Shown piece after piece: positions 10,079 to 19,538 of a stretch of DNA of 64,000 bases; position 1 is the first letter of the stretch, and every line of letters begins with the position of its first letter. Source of the stretch: a virus (Duplodnaviria > Caudoviricetes); IMG/VR virus record IMGVR_UViG_3300033066_000709, positions 1 to 64,000 of that record; one strand, written 5' to 3'. The notes under the pieces are model-generated. The model made no database searches. It had not been told where the DNA came from and worked only from the letters and a program-made list of their open reading frames with translations. The position numbers were made by a program, and so were the translations under genes.

Positions 10079-11378
10079 ATTGTTGAACAATATAAATATA
10101 TATATTATAAAAATTAAAATAGTGTTCTATGCACAGAACGGAATCACATATAATCAGGAATTCTAAAGAATTGGACGAACTAAGTTTTTGTTCTAAGAAT
10201 CTTTATAATAGAGCCAATTATATAATTCGTCAAAAGTTCATTGAAACTTCTAAACAAAAGGAAGATGGTTTAGTTCCTAATGCTATTTATTTAAATTATA
10301 ATGAAGTAGAGAAAGAGTTAAAGTCTATAGAGGAGTTTAATTTGCTTTCATCTCAAACAAAACAATCTGTATTAAGGTTATTGGATAAGAATTGGAGGTC
10401 ATTTTTTAGTTCCATTAAAGATTGGTCAAAGGATAAATCCAAGTATAAAGGTAAGCCTAATTTGCCAAAGTATTTAGATAAAACTGGTAGAAATATTTTA
10501 ATTTATCCAGGTCAGAACATATTTATAACTAAAGGATTTTTAAAAATTCCTAAATCTTCTACAAAAGTTAAGACTAAAATTTTGAAGAAAGATTTAAAGG
10601 AAGTTAGGATAGTATCACAAGGTAACAAAAATTTCAAGGTTGAGATAATTTACAATAAAGAGCAAGTTGATTTAGGTTTACCTAAATCGAGAGTCTTTGG
10701 TATAGACATTGGTTTAAACAATTTACTGGCTATAACATCAAACCAAATAGAGATTCCTAACTATTTGGTTAACGGTAGACCTTTAAAGAGTTTGAATCAA
10801 TATTACAATAAAAAATTGAGTAAATTAAAATCTACATTAGAGATAGTAAATGGTGTTAAGAAATCAAAATCTATAGTTTCTTTAAACTTTAAAAGAAAAA
10901 ATAAGATTAATGATTATTTACACAAGGCAAGTAGAATTTTAATTAACTTGTGCATCAGTAATAACATTGGAAAGATAGTAATTGGTCATAATATTGGATG
11001 GAAGCAAGATATATCAATTGGTAAAAGAAACAATCAAAATTTTGTTAATGTACCATTTAATAGACTTATACAAATGATCCAATATAAGGCAGAAGAATTA
11101 GGAATAGAAGTTCTTCTTACAGAAGAATCTTACACTTCTAAAATAGATCATTTAGCATTAGAAGAGATGAAACATCAAGAAAATTATTTAGGAAAAAGAA
11201 TTAAAAGAGGCCTATTTAAAAGTTCACTTGGTATAGAATTAAATGCTGACATAAATGGTGCAATAGGAATACTAAGAAAAACAAATGAAGTTTCCACAGA
11301 GTTTTTAAAAACTTTAGGAAATAGAGGCTGCGTATCACAACCAGTTAAATTAAATTGTTGATAAAACAATATTTAACT
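10079..11378 (+). mobile_element. IS1341-like solo-TnpB element (ends approximate)
   Basis: Similar hairpins ATTGTT-G-AACAAT (10079-10091) and ATTGTT-GATAA-AACAAT (11354-11370) flank tnpB. Confidence 0.45.
10129..11361 (+). CDS. tnpB: RNA-guided nuclease TnpB (IS200/IS605/IS607 group), no tnpA
   Basis: SKNLYN, PNLPKY, GIDIGLNN (RuvC-I), YLHKAS, QNFV, EESYTSK, NADINGA (RuvC-III). Confidence 0.93.
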   Translation: MHRTESHIIRNSKELDELSFCSKNLYNRANYIIRQKFIETSKQKEDGLVPNAIYLNYNEVEKELKSIEEFNLLSSQTKQSVLRLLDKNWRSFFSSIKDWSKDKSKYKGKPNLPKYLDKTGRNILIYPGQNIFITKGFLKIPKSSTKVKTKILKKDLKEVRIVSQGNKNFKVEIIYNKEQVDLGLPKSRVFGIDIGLNNLLAITSNQIEIPNYLVNGRPLKSLNQYYNKKLSKLKSTLEIVNGVKKSKSIVSLNFKRKNKINDYLHKASRILINLCISNNIGKIVIGHNIGWKQDISIGKRNNQNFVNVPFNRLIQMIQYKAEELGIEVLLTEESYTSKIDHLALEEMKHQENYLGKRIKRGLFKSSLGIELNADINGAIGILRKTNEVSTEFLKTLGNRGCVSQPVKLNC

Positions 11379-11427
11379 AATCCAATATCTATTGGAATGA
11401 TATTATTATTAAAAAAAATGTCTTAAA

Positions 11428-12372
11428 ATGGAACTAATCCAAGAATGTATAATTGTGGCTGCTAAAAAACATGATGGTTATATATTAGCTAAAAATAGAG
11501 ATAGAAGATCATTAAGTGATTATAAAGTTTATCATAATTTATATAAAGGTGTTGAATTAGCATACGCAGAAGATAGTACAGGTTGGACTGAAGGGATGTC
11601 TGAAAATGTTGGATTTGTATATACATATTTTATGAATAAAGATTCCTCCTCATATTATAAATATAGAAGTAAATGGGGTGTGCAATCAGAAATAACTATT
11701 GCTGGCCATAATGGAACAAAAGAAACTAAGAATAGTGAACGAAAAAGAGATGAATTTAAAAATATTTTAACATTCAAAACTGTTGAAAAAGCAGTAGAAT
11801 ATATTAAAACATTAGAATGGAATGGTGCATATTTTGTATGTGATAAAAACAGTGTATATGAAATTGAACATTTTCAATATGAAACTCAAGTTAGAAAATG
11901 TGATTTTTCAAAATCTAATTTTAAAGTTAAAACTAATTATGGTGATATTATAAAAAATGCTGGGCATTTGGATGGAGTTGAGGGAACAGCTCGTGGTAAT
12001 GCAGAAGTTAGGAAAACTGAAACAAAAAGATATCTTTTAGGTTTTAAAAATAGTACTGATATTATAAAACGTATGCAACAAAGAACATTTACAGATTCTT
12101 CCAGTTTAAATGTATTTAGGGTTGATGATGAAGAAAGAACAGTTGGTCAATTATTAATTGATATGAATAATAAAATTTTTCAATTTATTCATCATGATGA
12201 AAATTCAACATTTCATGGATTAAATGAAGATTTACCTAAAGGCTATGATAAAAAAATATCAGTTTATGTTAGAAATAAAAAGGAATTTGATAGAGCTGGT
12301 GAATATAAACAATTTATGTCAAAAAAGGATGATCTTTACTCACACTATAAAACATTTAAAGTTGATTTTTAA
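11428..12372 (+). CDS. Ntn-hydrolase (peptidase C45/choloylglycine hydrolase-like) with 6-aa propeptide
   Basis: CIIVAAK...ILAKNRD, WTEGMSENVG and VKTNY match the Cys-Ntn pattern C...NxD...EGxNExG...TN. Confidence 0.7.
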   Translation: MELIQECIIVAAKKHDGYILAKNRDRRSLSDYKVYHNLYKGVELAYAEDSTGWTEGMSENVGFVYTYFMNKDSSSYYKYRSKWGVQSEITIAGHNGTKETKNSERKRDEFKNILTFKTVEKAVEYIKTLEWNGAYFVCDKNSVYEIEHFQYETQVRKCDFSKSNFKVKTNYGDIIKNAGHLDGVEGTARGNAEVRKTETKRYLLGFKNSTDIIKRMQQRTFTDSSSLNVFRVDDEERTVGQLLIDMNNKIFQFIHHDENSTFHGLNEDLPKGYDKKISVYVRNKKEFDRAGEYKQFMSKKDDLYSHYKTFKVDF

Positions 12373-12685
12373 TAAAATCTTTAAAATTATTATAATAATT
12401 TAACATCCAATCTTCTGTAAGGCCCTCTTCTATCCAACGTAATAAATCTTCTCTAAATTTTATTAAAGTTAGTTCGAAATGGGCCTTATAGTTTCCAGCA
12501 TGTTTTTCTATAACTATTCTCAATGGTATTGAAAATGTATTTGTTGTACCTTTTACATTCCAAAGTAAATATGTTTTTTCTGATATTTTATATAAGCCAT
12601 ATCTAACTGTCATAGGATACCAACCAACTAATATTATATTGACTTCTTTTATATCTACGGCATAATTTATATCAAATCCTAGCAT
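12356..12685 (-). CDS. Hypothetical protein
   Basis: 109-aa ORF. Confidence 0.7.
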   Translation of the reverse strand: MLGFDINYAVDIKEVNIILVGWYPMTVRYGLYKISEKTYLLWNVKGTTNTFSIPLRIVIEKHAGNYKAHFELTLIKFREDLLRWIEEGLTEDWMLNYYNNFKDFIKNQL

Positions 12686-12695
12686 TTAAATTTCC

Positions 12696-13325
12696 TTAAA
12701 AGGTTCTACTTTCATTAACTGTACTATTTTCTGTCTTATCAAATTTTTTCTGTTTATATCTATCTATTTTTTCTTGTATGGATTTATCATATTCTACAAT
12801 AGTGAATGAAATTATCCTAGAATAATTTCTAGGTTGAATACTTCTTTCCATAAATGAAACTTTATCACCAGCATTACCTTCTACTAATTGGCCTCGTTCT
12901 TTATCCCAATAATAAACTGTACCTATATGCCCATTTAATGTATTACCTTTTTGAAAAATGACAAGTGTACCAGGTTTTATAACTACTCTGCCATATAAAA
13001 CATCTTTAGCTGATATTGATTTTTTAGTTATAAAATTTCTAGCTAATGCACTTTTTGTTTTATTTAAAATTCCAGTACAAACACCTTCGCAATAAGATAT
13101 GAAAGCTGCACACCAAGGATTACCCTTAGGTAATCCTACATATCTTAAAAACATTTCAACTTCTTTACCATCATTATTATTCGTTTTTTCCTTTACACCT
13201 CTATTATAATATGATATTGCGGTATCTAAGTGTGGTATTGTTGTATATGGTATTATATTTTTACTATAAGTAATATTAAAACAAAATAAAAATATAATAA
13301 GTGATGATATTATTTTTCTAAACAT
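12696..13325 (-). CDS. CHAP-domain peptidoglycan hydrolase with signal peptide (putative endolysin)
   Basis: Basic plus hydrophobic N-terminus; PWCAAF, GHIG, VEGNAG. Confidence 0.85.
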   Translation of the reverse strand: MFRKIISSLIIFLFCFNITYSKNIIPYTTIPHLDTAISYYNRGVKEKTNNNDGKEVEMFLRYVGLPKGNPWCAAFISYCEGVCTGILNKTKSALARNFITKKSISAKDVLYGRVVIKPGTLVIFQKGNTLNGHIGTVYYWDKERGQLVEGNAGDKVSFMERSIQPRNYSRIISFTIVEYDKSIQEKIDRYKQKKFDKTENSTVNESRTF

Positions 13326-13339
13326 TTTAATAAATATTT

Positions 13340-13624
13340 TTAACTACCAATTATAGATGCTGCTATTACTAAACATATAGCAAGCAAAAATATAGAGTAT
13401 GAAACTCCGCCACCATTTTTAATTAATTCTAAAGTATTTACATCTTTTAATACATATCTATCAATTAAATATATTATACCTAAAGATTCTCCAACATTTG
13501 CCATTATAGCAAAAAACGATGTTATTTGAGGTAATACTGTTGAGCATATTACTAATCCCAATATTCCTATAATTGTCAATAGTATTGATATTGTACCAAT
13601 TTTTAAATAATTTGCATCTCCCAT
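13340..13624 (-). CDS. Small 3-TM membrane protein (possible holin)
   Basis: 94 aa with three hydrophobic segments, directly upstream of the CHAP gene. Confidence 0.5.
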   Translation of the reverse strand: MGDANYLKIGTISILLTIIGILGLVICSTVLPQITSFFAIMANVGESLGIIYLIDRYVLKDVNTLELIKNGGGVSYSIFLLAICLVIAASIIGS

Positions 13625-13653
13625 AAAAAAATATTATTTTAATAGCATAGAAG

Positions 13654-13839
13654 TTATTCCTCTACTGCATTTATATTATCATCCACTGATTCACCATTAT
13701 TTGATAATAATTGTAAATATTCTATAGATGATTGTATTAGACTAGACTCTTTTAATGTAAAACATCCATTTTTCTGACCTATCACTGCTGCTTGAATTAA
13801 TACATCCAAAGCATCTTTTAAATTATCGATTACTTGCAT
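13654..13839 (-). CDS. Hypothetical protein
   Basis: 61-aa ORF preceded by AATATATA. Confidence 0.65.
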   Translation of the reverse strand: MQVIDNLKDALDVLIQAAVIGQKNGCFTLKESSLIQSSIEYLQLLSNNGESVDDNINAVEE

Positions 13840-13899
13840 AAAAACCTATTATAAATTGTAAAAAAATAAAAAATATAAAGTATATATTAAAACAAAAAA

Positions 13900-13926
13900 A
13901 ACCTTAATGCAGTTAACATTAAGGTT
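13900..13926 (-). terminator. Intrinsic terminator after the tRNA
   Basis: aaccttaatg-N7-cattaaggtt stem followed by a U-tract on the - strand. Confidence 0.75.
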
Positions 13927-13959
13927 CTTTTTAGTGAAAAGGTGATTTTTTAAATTTTG

Positions 13960-14032
13960 CTGAAGGGGCAGGGTTCGAACCTGCATCTTACGTCTTCAAA
14001 GGACGCTGAATTACCAATTATTCTACCCTTCA
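13960..14032 (-). tRNA. trnQ: tRNA-Gln(UUG), CCA not encoded
   Basis: Acceptor stem TGAAGGG/CCCTTCA (U1-A72), discriminator G; D arm GAAT/ATTC; anticodon arm GCGTC-CT-TTG-AA-GACGT; T arm GCAGG-TTCGAAC-CCTGC. Confidence 0.95.
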
Positions 14033-14037
14033 TAATT

Positions 14038-15192
14038 TTAATTATTTGTTGTAATAACTTTACCCAATTTAATATTTACTTTTGGTGCAATATCTTCCAA
14101 ATCAAATTTATCTTGAAAAAATAAATCAGAAACTTTTCTTTGTAATTCAAAGGCATCATCCTTATCTAATCTTGATTTATCAGTATGTGAAGCTATCCAT
14201 GTTAAATCATTTAAAAAGTCATATGCATTTCTACCAGAAGTAGCTGTTGATAACCATTTATCACTCTGAGCATTTATATCAACACCATATGATTTAAACA
14301 GATCATTATCATTAAATAATTTAGCAATTATATGATTATATTTATCATTATAATTTTTATTTTCGAAAAAATTCTTATATGTAAAATATTCTCTTATTGA
14401 GATATCTGTACGTCTTAAATGTTGTACATTTTCCATTAACATTGAAGAATATTTATCTTCACCACGAATCAATAATTTATTTATTTCATTTTGAATTCTT
14501 TCAACATTAAATGAATCATTTCTAATGTTTGTTTTAAATCCTAAATTTTGAGCAACCATACCATTTGTACAAATTAATCTTTCAAAGAAAGGTGCTGAAT
14601 TATATTCCAACATGTTAAATGATAAATTATTACCCATTTTCCACATATCAGTTAAATTATTTAAAACATCAACTTTTGATGATTTATCAATAAATCTCAT
14701 AGTAACAGTTTCGCTATTATCATCAAAATAAGACATATTAAGATCATATTCTTTTGTTGTACCTTTTAATGCTAAAGTAATCATATCAAAGTAATCACCA
14801 AATACTTTTTTATAGTCCTTTAAATCTACTAAATTTTCATCTTTTTTATTTTTAGCATATAATTTTACTATTGATGATGAACCATCAGTATTTGTAATTT
14901 TTTTAGCCCAAAATTCAGCATTTGAATTTGCAGTCTTTAATGTACTTTCAATATGAGACCATTCTTCATTAGAGAGTTTTTGCTTATAATCTATAAAATT
15001 ATTTTTAACTCTAACAGTTGATAAAATTTTATTTATTGCCGGTAATGTTAAATTGGAACCTTTTACAGAAATATTATTATCAAATGATATATCTCCTAAT
15101 TTGAAAGATACAATATCTCTATTAGAGATTTTACTTAAAACATTATCTTTAAATGTTTCTACTTTATCAATCAATTCTGTTTGCATACTCAA
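14038..15192 (-). CDS. DUF932-like protein
   Basis: FFERLICTNGMV motif; the start may be the ATG at 15186. Confidence 0.55.
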   Translation of the reverse strand: MSMQTELIDKVETFKDNVLSKISNRDIVSFKLGDISFDNNISVKGSNLTLPAINKILSTVRVKNNFIDYKQKLSNEEWSHIESTLKTANSNAEFWAKKITNTDGSSSIVKLYAKNKKDENLVDLKDYKKVFGDYFDMITLALKGTTKEYDLNMSYFDDNSETVTMRFIDKSSKVDVLNNLTDMWKMGNNLSFNMLEYNSAPFFERLICTNGMVAQNLGFKTNIRNDSFNVERIQNEINKLLIRGEDKYSSMLMENVQHLRRTDISIREYFTYKNFFENKNYNDKYNHIIAKLFNDNDLFKSYGVDINAQSDKWLSTATSGRNAYDFLNDLTWIASHTDKSRLDKDDAFELQRKVSDLFFQDKFDLEDIAPKVNIKLGKVITTNN

Positions 15193-15240
15193 TCCTTTTG
15201 TATATTTAAATTATAATAAATTATGTATTGAACTTTAATA

Positions 15241-15271
15241 ATTATACGTTTAGCCATTTTTTTTGTTTAAA
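15241..15271 (-). promoter_or_regulatory. Phage ECF-type promoter TTTAAACA-N15-CGTATAAT
   Basis: One of four identically spaced intergenic copies. Confidence 0.75.
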
Positions 15272-15288
15272 ATTATTATTAAAATAAT

Positions 15289-15696
15289 TTATTTTTCTAA
15301 TATGGTATTTATTACTAAATCAATTTTTGATGAAACTTCATCAGATAACTGTTCTGCGGATGAATTATATACCCAATCGGTAATATCATTAGCCTTTCTT
15401 TTTATTAACTCAACCTCAGAATCGTTAGAATAACAATCAATACTATTTATTCTAAATAATGATATACCACAACCATCTTTATCATAAAAGAGTTTTAATA
15501 TTAGATAATTTTCTTTAATTGGTACTAAAGAAGAATTCGAACCAATCTTTTGAAAAATAGGTTCTAATTGATCACCATTAGGATCAAAAATGCATGTAAT
15601 TCTTTCCATTGTTGGAAATCTACGTAAACTTTCCCATAAAGATGGAATACCATTTTTGGTCCTGGCGAATTTAATTATTTTTTTATTTAATTCCAT
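15289..15696 (-). CDS. Hypothetical protein
   Basis: 135-aa ORF. Confidence 0.7.
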   Translation of the reverse strand: MELNKKIIKFARTKNGIPSLWESLRRFPTMERITCIFDPNGDQLEPIFQKIGSNSSLVPIKENYLILKLFYDKDGCGISLFRINSIDCYSNDSEVELIKRKANDITDWVYNSSAEQLSDEVSSKIDLVINTILEK

Positions 15697-15720
15697 TATA
15701 AAATGGTCCTTTCAATTTAA

Positions 15721-15921
15721 TTATTTAATATATGTATTAATTCTTTGTTTATTTTTTTCATTCAATAAAGCAACTATAATACGTTGCACTTCGGAAAGAT
15801 CTCTATGCCCAGAATTTTTAAAAGCAACATTTGCATTTAACCAATGTAAATCTCCTCTTTTTTCTGGTGGTATAGTAAATGTTTTTAATAATTCATTTAG
15901 CCTAGTTTGTAGAGTATTCAT
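15721..15921 (-). CDS. Hypothetical protein
   Basis: 66-aa ORF behind an ECF-type promoter. Confidence 0.65.
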   Translation of the reverse strand: MNTLQTRLNELLKTFTIPPEKRGDLHWLNANVAFKNSGHRDLSEVQRIIVALLNEKNKQRINTYIK

Positions 15922-15932
15922 TTTATTTATTT

Positions 15933-15963
15933 ATTTTACGTTTTTAGTTATAAAATGTTTAAA
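15933..15963 (-). promoter_or_regulatory. Phage ECF-type promoter TTTAAACA-N15-CGTAAAAT
   Basis: Same motif and spacing as at 15241, 33835 and 42754. Confidence 0.7.
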
Positions 15964-15979
15964 AATTATTTTAAATATT

Positions 15980-16564
15980 TTATTTTTTATCATCACCTTT
16001 ACCGTCATGTTTTTTATCACCATTTTGTTCTTCTTGTTGTTGCTTTTTAGCAGCTTCTATTTGCTTCTGTTTCAATCCATTGATTACATCAGTTTCTACC
16101 CTTTTAGCCTTTTTATCAAAATATTCTTTATTTGCTTTGTCGGCTAACATTTTTGCTTCACCTGTTAATTTTTGAGCTAACATTGATAATTGTTGATTAG
16201 AACCACCTACCGACATGACGTACATCTCTAGGTCCATAGCTCTCATTTGTAAACCTTGCATTTGGTCTTGCATAACTTGCTGCATTTGACCAATTTCTGC
16301 TTCGCCAGCACCAGCTTGTTGCAGTTTTGCAATTTTATCATTCATTATTGATTGATATCTACCAGAATCTATAGTAGCTTTATATAATTCTTTACATAAA
16401 ACTCTTATTTGGGCATCTGGTGGTATTTTCGATTTATCTATAACATCCTCTCCAGTTTCCTTATCAACTTTAATTTTTAATTTAGTAGGTTTATCTGGAG
16501 TACCACCAAAATCATCTTCTAATAATCTAAATATTTCGTAATCTAAAATATGTTGTTTTAACAT
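15980..16564 (-). CDS. Putative internal head protein (capsid-targeting-like leader)
   Basis: MLKQHILDYEIFRLLE leader; Q-rich coiled coil. Confidence 0.55.
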   Translation of the reverse strand: MLKQHILDYEIFRLLEDDFGGTPDKPTKLKIKVDKETGEDVIDKSKIPPDAQIRVLCKELYKATIDSGRYQSIMNDKIAKLQQAGAGEAEIGQMQQVMQDQMQGLQMRAMDLEMYVMSVGGSNQQLSMLAQKLTGEAKMLADKANKEYFDKKAKRVETDVINGLKQKQIEAAKKQQQEEQNGDKKHDGKGDDKK

Positions 16565-16587
16565 TATAGTTATTTATTTTTCCAATA

Positions 16588-16599
16588 AATATATATATT
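16588..16599. promoter_or_regulatory. Bidirectional putative late promoter (AATATATA on both strands)
   Basis: Between divergent genes starting at 16564(-) and 16619(+). Confidence 0.55.
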
Positions 16600-16618
16600 T
16601 AAAATAAAAAACAACATA

Positions 16619-17719
16619 ATGAAATATGTTTTAAATATTAATGATTTTTATAAATTATACGAATCTTCCGACAATACTAAACCTGATGATAAAAAAATTA
16701 AAAATTTTTTCAAAAAACATTGGAAATTATTACTAACATTAACTGGATTAACTATTAGCGGATTAACTTTATATTTTTTATATAGGAATAAAATAAATGT
16801 AAAAAATAATATAATATCAACAGATACTAAAATAAATATAGATGATAATTACATAGATGATTTTTTTGATAAAACTAGTAAATCTTTTATAAAAATACCT
16901 ATAGATGTAAAAGAAAATATTAAAAAAGAAATTAAAAATATAGATGATCAACCAACAAAAAGAGTTATAATTTCTATATTAAATGATATAGAAAATCCAA
17001 ATTTAATAAAACAAGTAGAAGAATTAGAAAATGATGAAATAGGTAAAATATTAAATAAATCTAAAGATAGACAAAATTTTATTGAAAATATGGCAACTGC
17101 TATAGATCAAAATATTATAAGTTTTGGTGATATACATCCTTATTGGAAAAATGAAATACAAGAAGAAATTAAAAAAAGGCAACCATTATTGACGCATGAT
17201 ATAATGGAAATGCGTAAAAAAATGTTGGCTGATAATGGTATAATATTTAAAGATTTAAGTTTATTTGACCAAAAATTACTACAGACACCATTTGAACAAG
17301 GTTTTATTGATAAATTTAATTCTTTAATTGAGAAAAAAAGTAAATTTGATAAAGCTGGTATAACAATAAAACAAATTAAAGGTTTTGATGCACCACAAAG
17401 AATAAAGTATTTAAAGGATTTAGGTTTCTCAGAACAAGATTTAACAAAACAACAACTACAAACATTTAAAACATGTTCAGTTGATGATTTTGTAGATTAT
17501 GTTGAAAGTTTTAAAAGAAACTATCCAAAAATGAAAGAAGAAGAATGGCAAAAGAAAATGGTTATTTTAAAAAGAAAAAATATTGATGTTACAGATTTCG
17601 ATGAAAAGACTGTTGCATTTTTAAAATCTGTAAATATGGAAACATTTGGTGACTATATAAAAACAATTCAAATCAATTTGGATAAATCTATAGATGATGT
17701 TGATATTCGTGATTTTTAA
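16619..17719 (+). CDS. Putative internal head protein with a TM segment
   Basis: MKYVLNINDFYKLYE leader, then hydrophobic LLLTLTGLTISGLTLYFLY. Confidence 0.55.
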   Translation: MKYVLNINDFYKLYESSDNTKPDDKKIKNFFKKHWKLLLTLTGLTISGLTLYFLYRNKINVKNNIISTDTKINIDDNYIDDFFDKTSKSFIKIPIDVKENIKKEIKNIDDQPTKRVIISILNDIENPNLIKQVEELENDEIGKILNKSKDRQNFIENMATAIDQNIISFGDIHPYWKNEIQEEIKKRQPLLTHDIMEMRKKMLADNGIIFKDLSLFDQKLLQTPFEQGFIDKFNSLIEKKSKFDKAGITIKQIKGFDAPQRIKYLKDLGFSEQDLTKQQLQTFKTCSVDDFVDYVESFKRNYPKMKEEEWQKKMVILKRKNIDVTDFDEKTVAFLKSVNMETFGDYIKTIQINLDKSIDDVDIRDF

Positions 17720-17738
17720 ATTTTATATTTTATATAAT

Positions 17739-17771
17739 AAAAAAGCCCCATTCTTCAATGGGGCTTTTTTT
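17739..17771. terminator. Bidirectional intrinsic terminator
   Basis: aaaaaagccccatt-cttc-aatggggctttttt between convergent genes. Confidence 0.9.
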
Positions 17772-17795
17772 GTTTGACTATTTACTTACATTCTA

Positions 17796-19532
17796 TTATA
17801 CTAATGATACATTACCTGTCTTTAAGTATATTGTATAATATTGCGTTTCTGGCCATTGACCTGCTTCTACTAAGGCATAACGACTCTTAACAGCGATTTT
17901 AGGAGACATTGTACCTTCCGCAATCGTTTGTATGGATTCTGCCATTAAGTATGGCATAAATTTTAACCCTGGTTCTTCATCAGCACCTTTACGTCCAACA
18001 AGGATACGAGTATCATTGAAGCTCATATTTGGATCGACATATACTGTCATACCTGCAACTGTTCCTGTTGGATACAATGAGCCGTTATTTTGGTTAATTG
18101 TATTGTTCATAGGAGCAAAGCTAAACTGTGCATTATCTTGTAATGCTGTAGCAATTTGAAGGTTAGTAACAATAAAGTTAGCTGGACCTCTACGACCACG
18201 TTGCATAACAATACTACCAGCAGTTATGATCTTGCTCATAATTCTACGTTGTAATGTATACAAGTTTTCAAAGTCACCATAATCAGCAAAACCATTAACA
18301 TTAATAGCTTCACGGAAACCAATTTTATTAATAAATTCAGGTGATGCAGTTGTACTTAAAGTACTTCTATCTAACGTAAAGTTAAGGGTTACACCAGAAG
18401 TTTTGTAGTATTGGCTATTGTTTGACCATCCAAGAGCGAATGAACGTGAAAGTATGTGTTTGTTAATTGATTGTGAAATTTCATTAACAAGAGCATTTTC
18501 AATCATTGACAATACGTCGATACCGTATTGTTTATTCAAGTCTTGAATTTGCTCTGTCGTAACAGCAGCACTTACTTGGAAAGTTTCAGCTTCTACAAAC
18601 TTGGTGTAAGCTTTAAGGCTCATTTGTCTGTAGTATGTAGATTCACCAGTTGCACGTCCCATAGGATTAACAGGCTCTGTTCCGTTAACATCCGAACCAG
18701 TCCAATTATCTTGATCATAAGTACCAGCACCAGCAAAACCTTGGATTTGATCTTCTAATGCGCGAACTAAATCTGGTTTAGTTGTAACAGCAATAGCAGT
18801 TGAAGAAGTATTAACAGCTGTAGGTACACCTGCTGTATCAGTAGTAATAGCTGCACTTGAATCAAAAACTTCAGCTAATGTAATAGTATTATCTACTGCC
18901 CATGAAGAAGTATATGCCCAAGTTTGACCAACTCTGAAAATAGGATAACCAGTAATACGTGAATATCCAACAAAAATTAATTCTACGGCTTTATCACCAG
19001 AAGCAAATGCACCAGTTGCACCTCTATTAGTTCCCCAATAGTGAGTACCAACTACATATTTTGTAGAATTAATATCGTCTGCATTAATAGAAATTATCAA
19101 TGGTTTATCTGCACCACCAACTTTACCACCAGCATATACATAATCTAAGTATGTAAGAACTCCAGCAGGTCCAGACATTGGAATAACTGAAACAATATCA
19201 AAACCAATAGTTCTAGAAGCAACTTGAATAGCTAATGGAAGTAAAGAAGGAAATTTATCACCACTACCTTGTGTACCAGTATAGAATGATAAAGGACCAC
19301 CAGGAGCAGAACCTGGACGAACAGCACCCATACCAGGCAATGTTCCTAAAGATTGTGTTGAACTATATGAAAAATTTTCATTTAAAGAGTTTGAACTTTC
19401 ATTTACTGTGTGATAGTGACAATATTTAGATAACCATTTCTTTTTATAATCATTAGTAACACCAGCATTTTGTTCCAAAATAGGAGCCCATTGTTCGTAT
19501 ACTTGGCCCTCATTAATTAACATATTATACAT
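17796..19532 (-). CDS. gp23: Major capsid protein, T4 gp23-like
   Basis: WAPILE, DIVSVIPMSGPAG, EQIQDL..YGID...LVNEISQSINK, GPANFIV, YVDP, FMPY, MSPKIAVKSRYAL. Confidence 0.95.
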   Translation of the reverse strand: MYNMLINEGQVYEQWAPILEQNAGVTNDYKKKWLSKYCHYHTVNESSNSLNENFSYSSTQSLGTLPGMGAVRPGSAPGGPLSFYTGTQGSGDKFPSLLPLAIQVASRTIGFDIVSVIPMSGPAGVLTYLDYVYAGGKVGGADKPLIISINADDINSTKYVVGTHYWGTNRGATGAFASGDKAVELIFVGYSRITGYPIFRVGQTWAYTSSWAVDNTITLAEVFDSSAAITTDTAGVPTAVNTSSTAIAVTTKPDLVRALEDQIQGFAGAGTYDQDNWTGSDVNGTEPVNPMGRATGESTYYRQMSLKAYTKFVEAETFQVSAAVTTEQIQDLNKQYGIDVLSMIENALVNEISQSINKHILSRSFALGWSNNSQYYKTSGVTLNFTLDRSTLSTTASPEFINKIGFREAINVNGFADYGDFENLYTLQRRIMSKIITAGSIVMQRGRRGPANFIVTNLQIATALQDNAQFSFAPMNNTINQNNGSLYPTGTVAGMTVYVDPNMSFNDTRILVGRKGADEEPGLKFMPYLMAESIQTIAEGTMSPKIAVKSRYALVEAGQWPETQYYTIYLKTGNVSLV

Positions 19533-19538
19533 TTTTTA

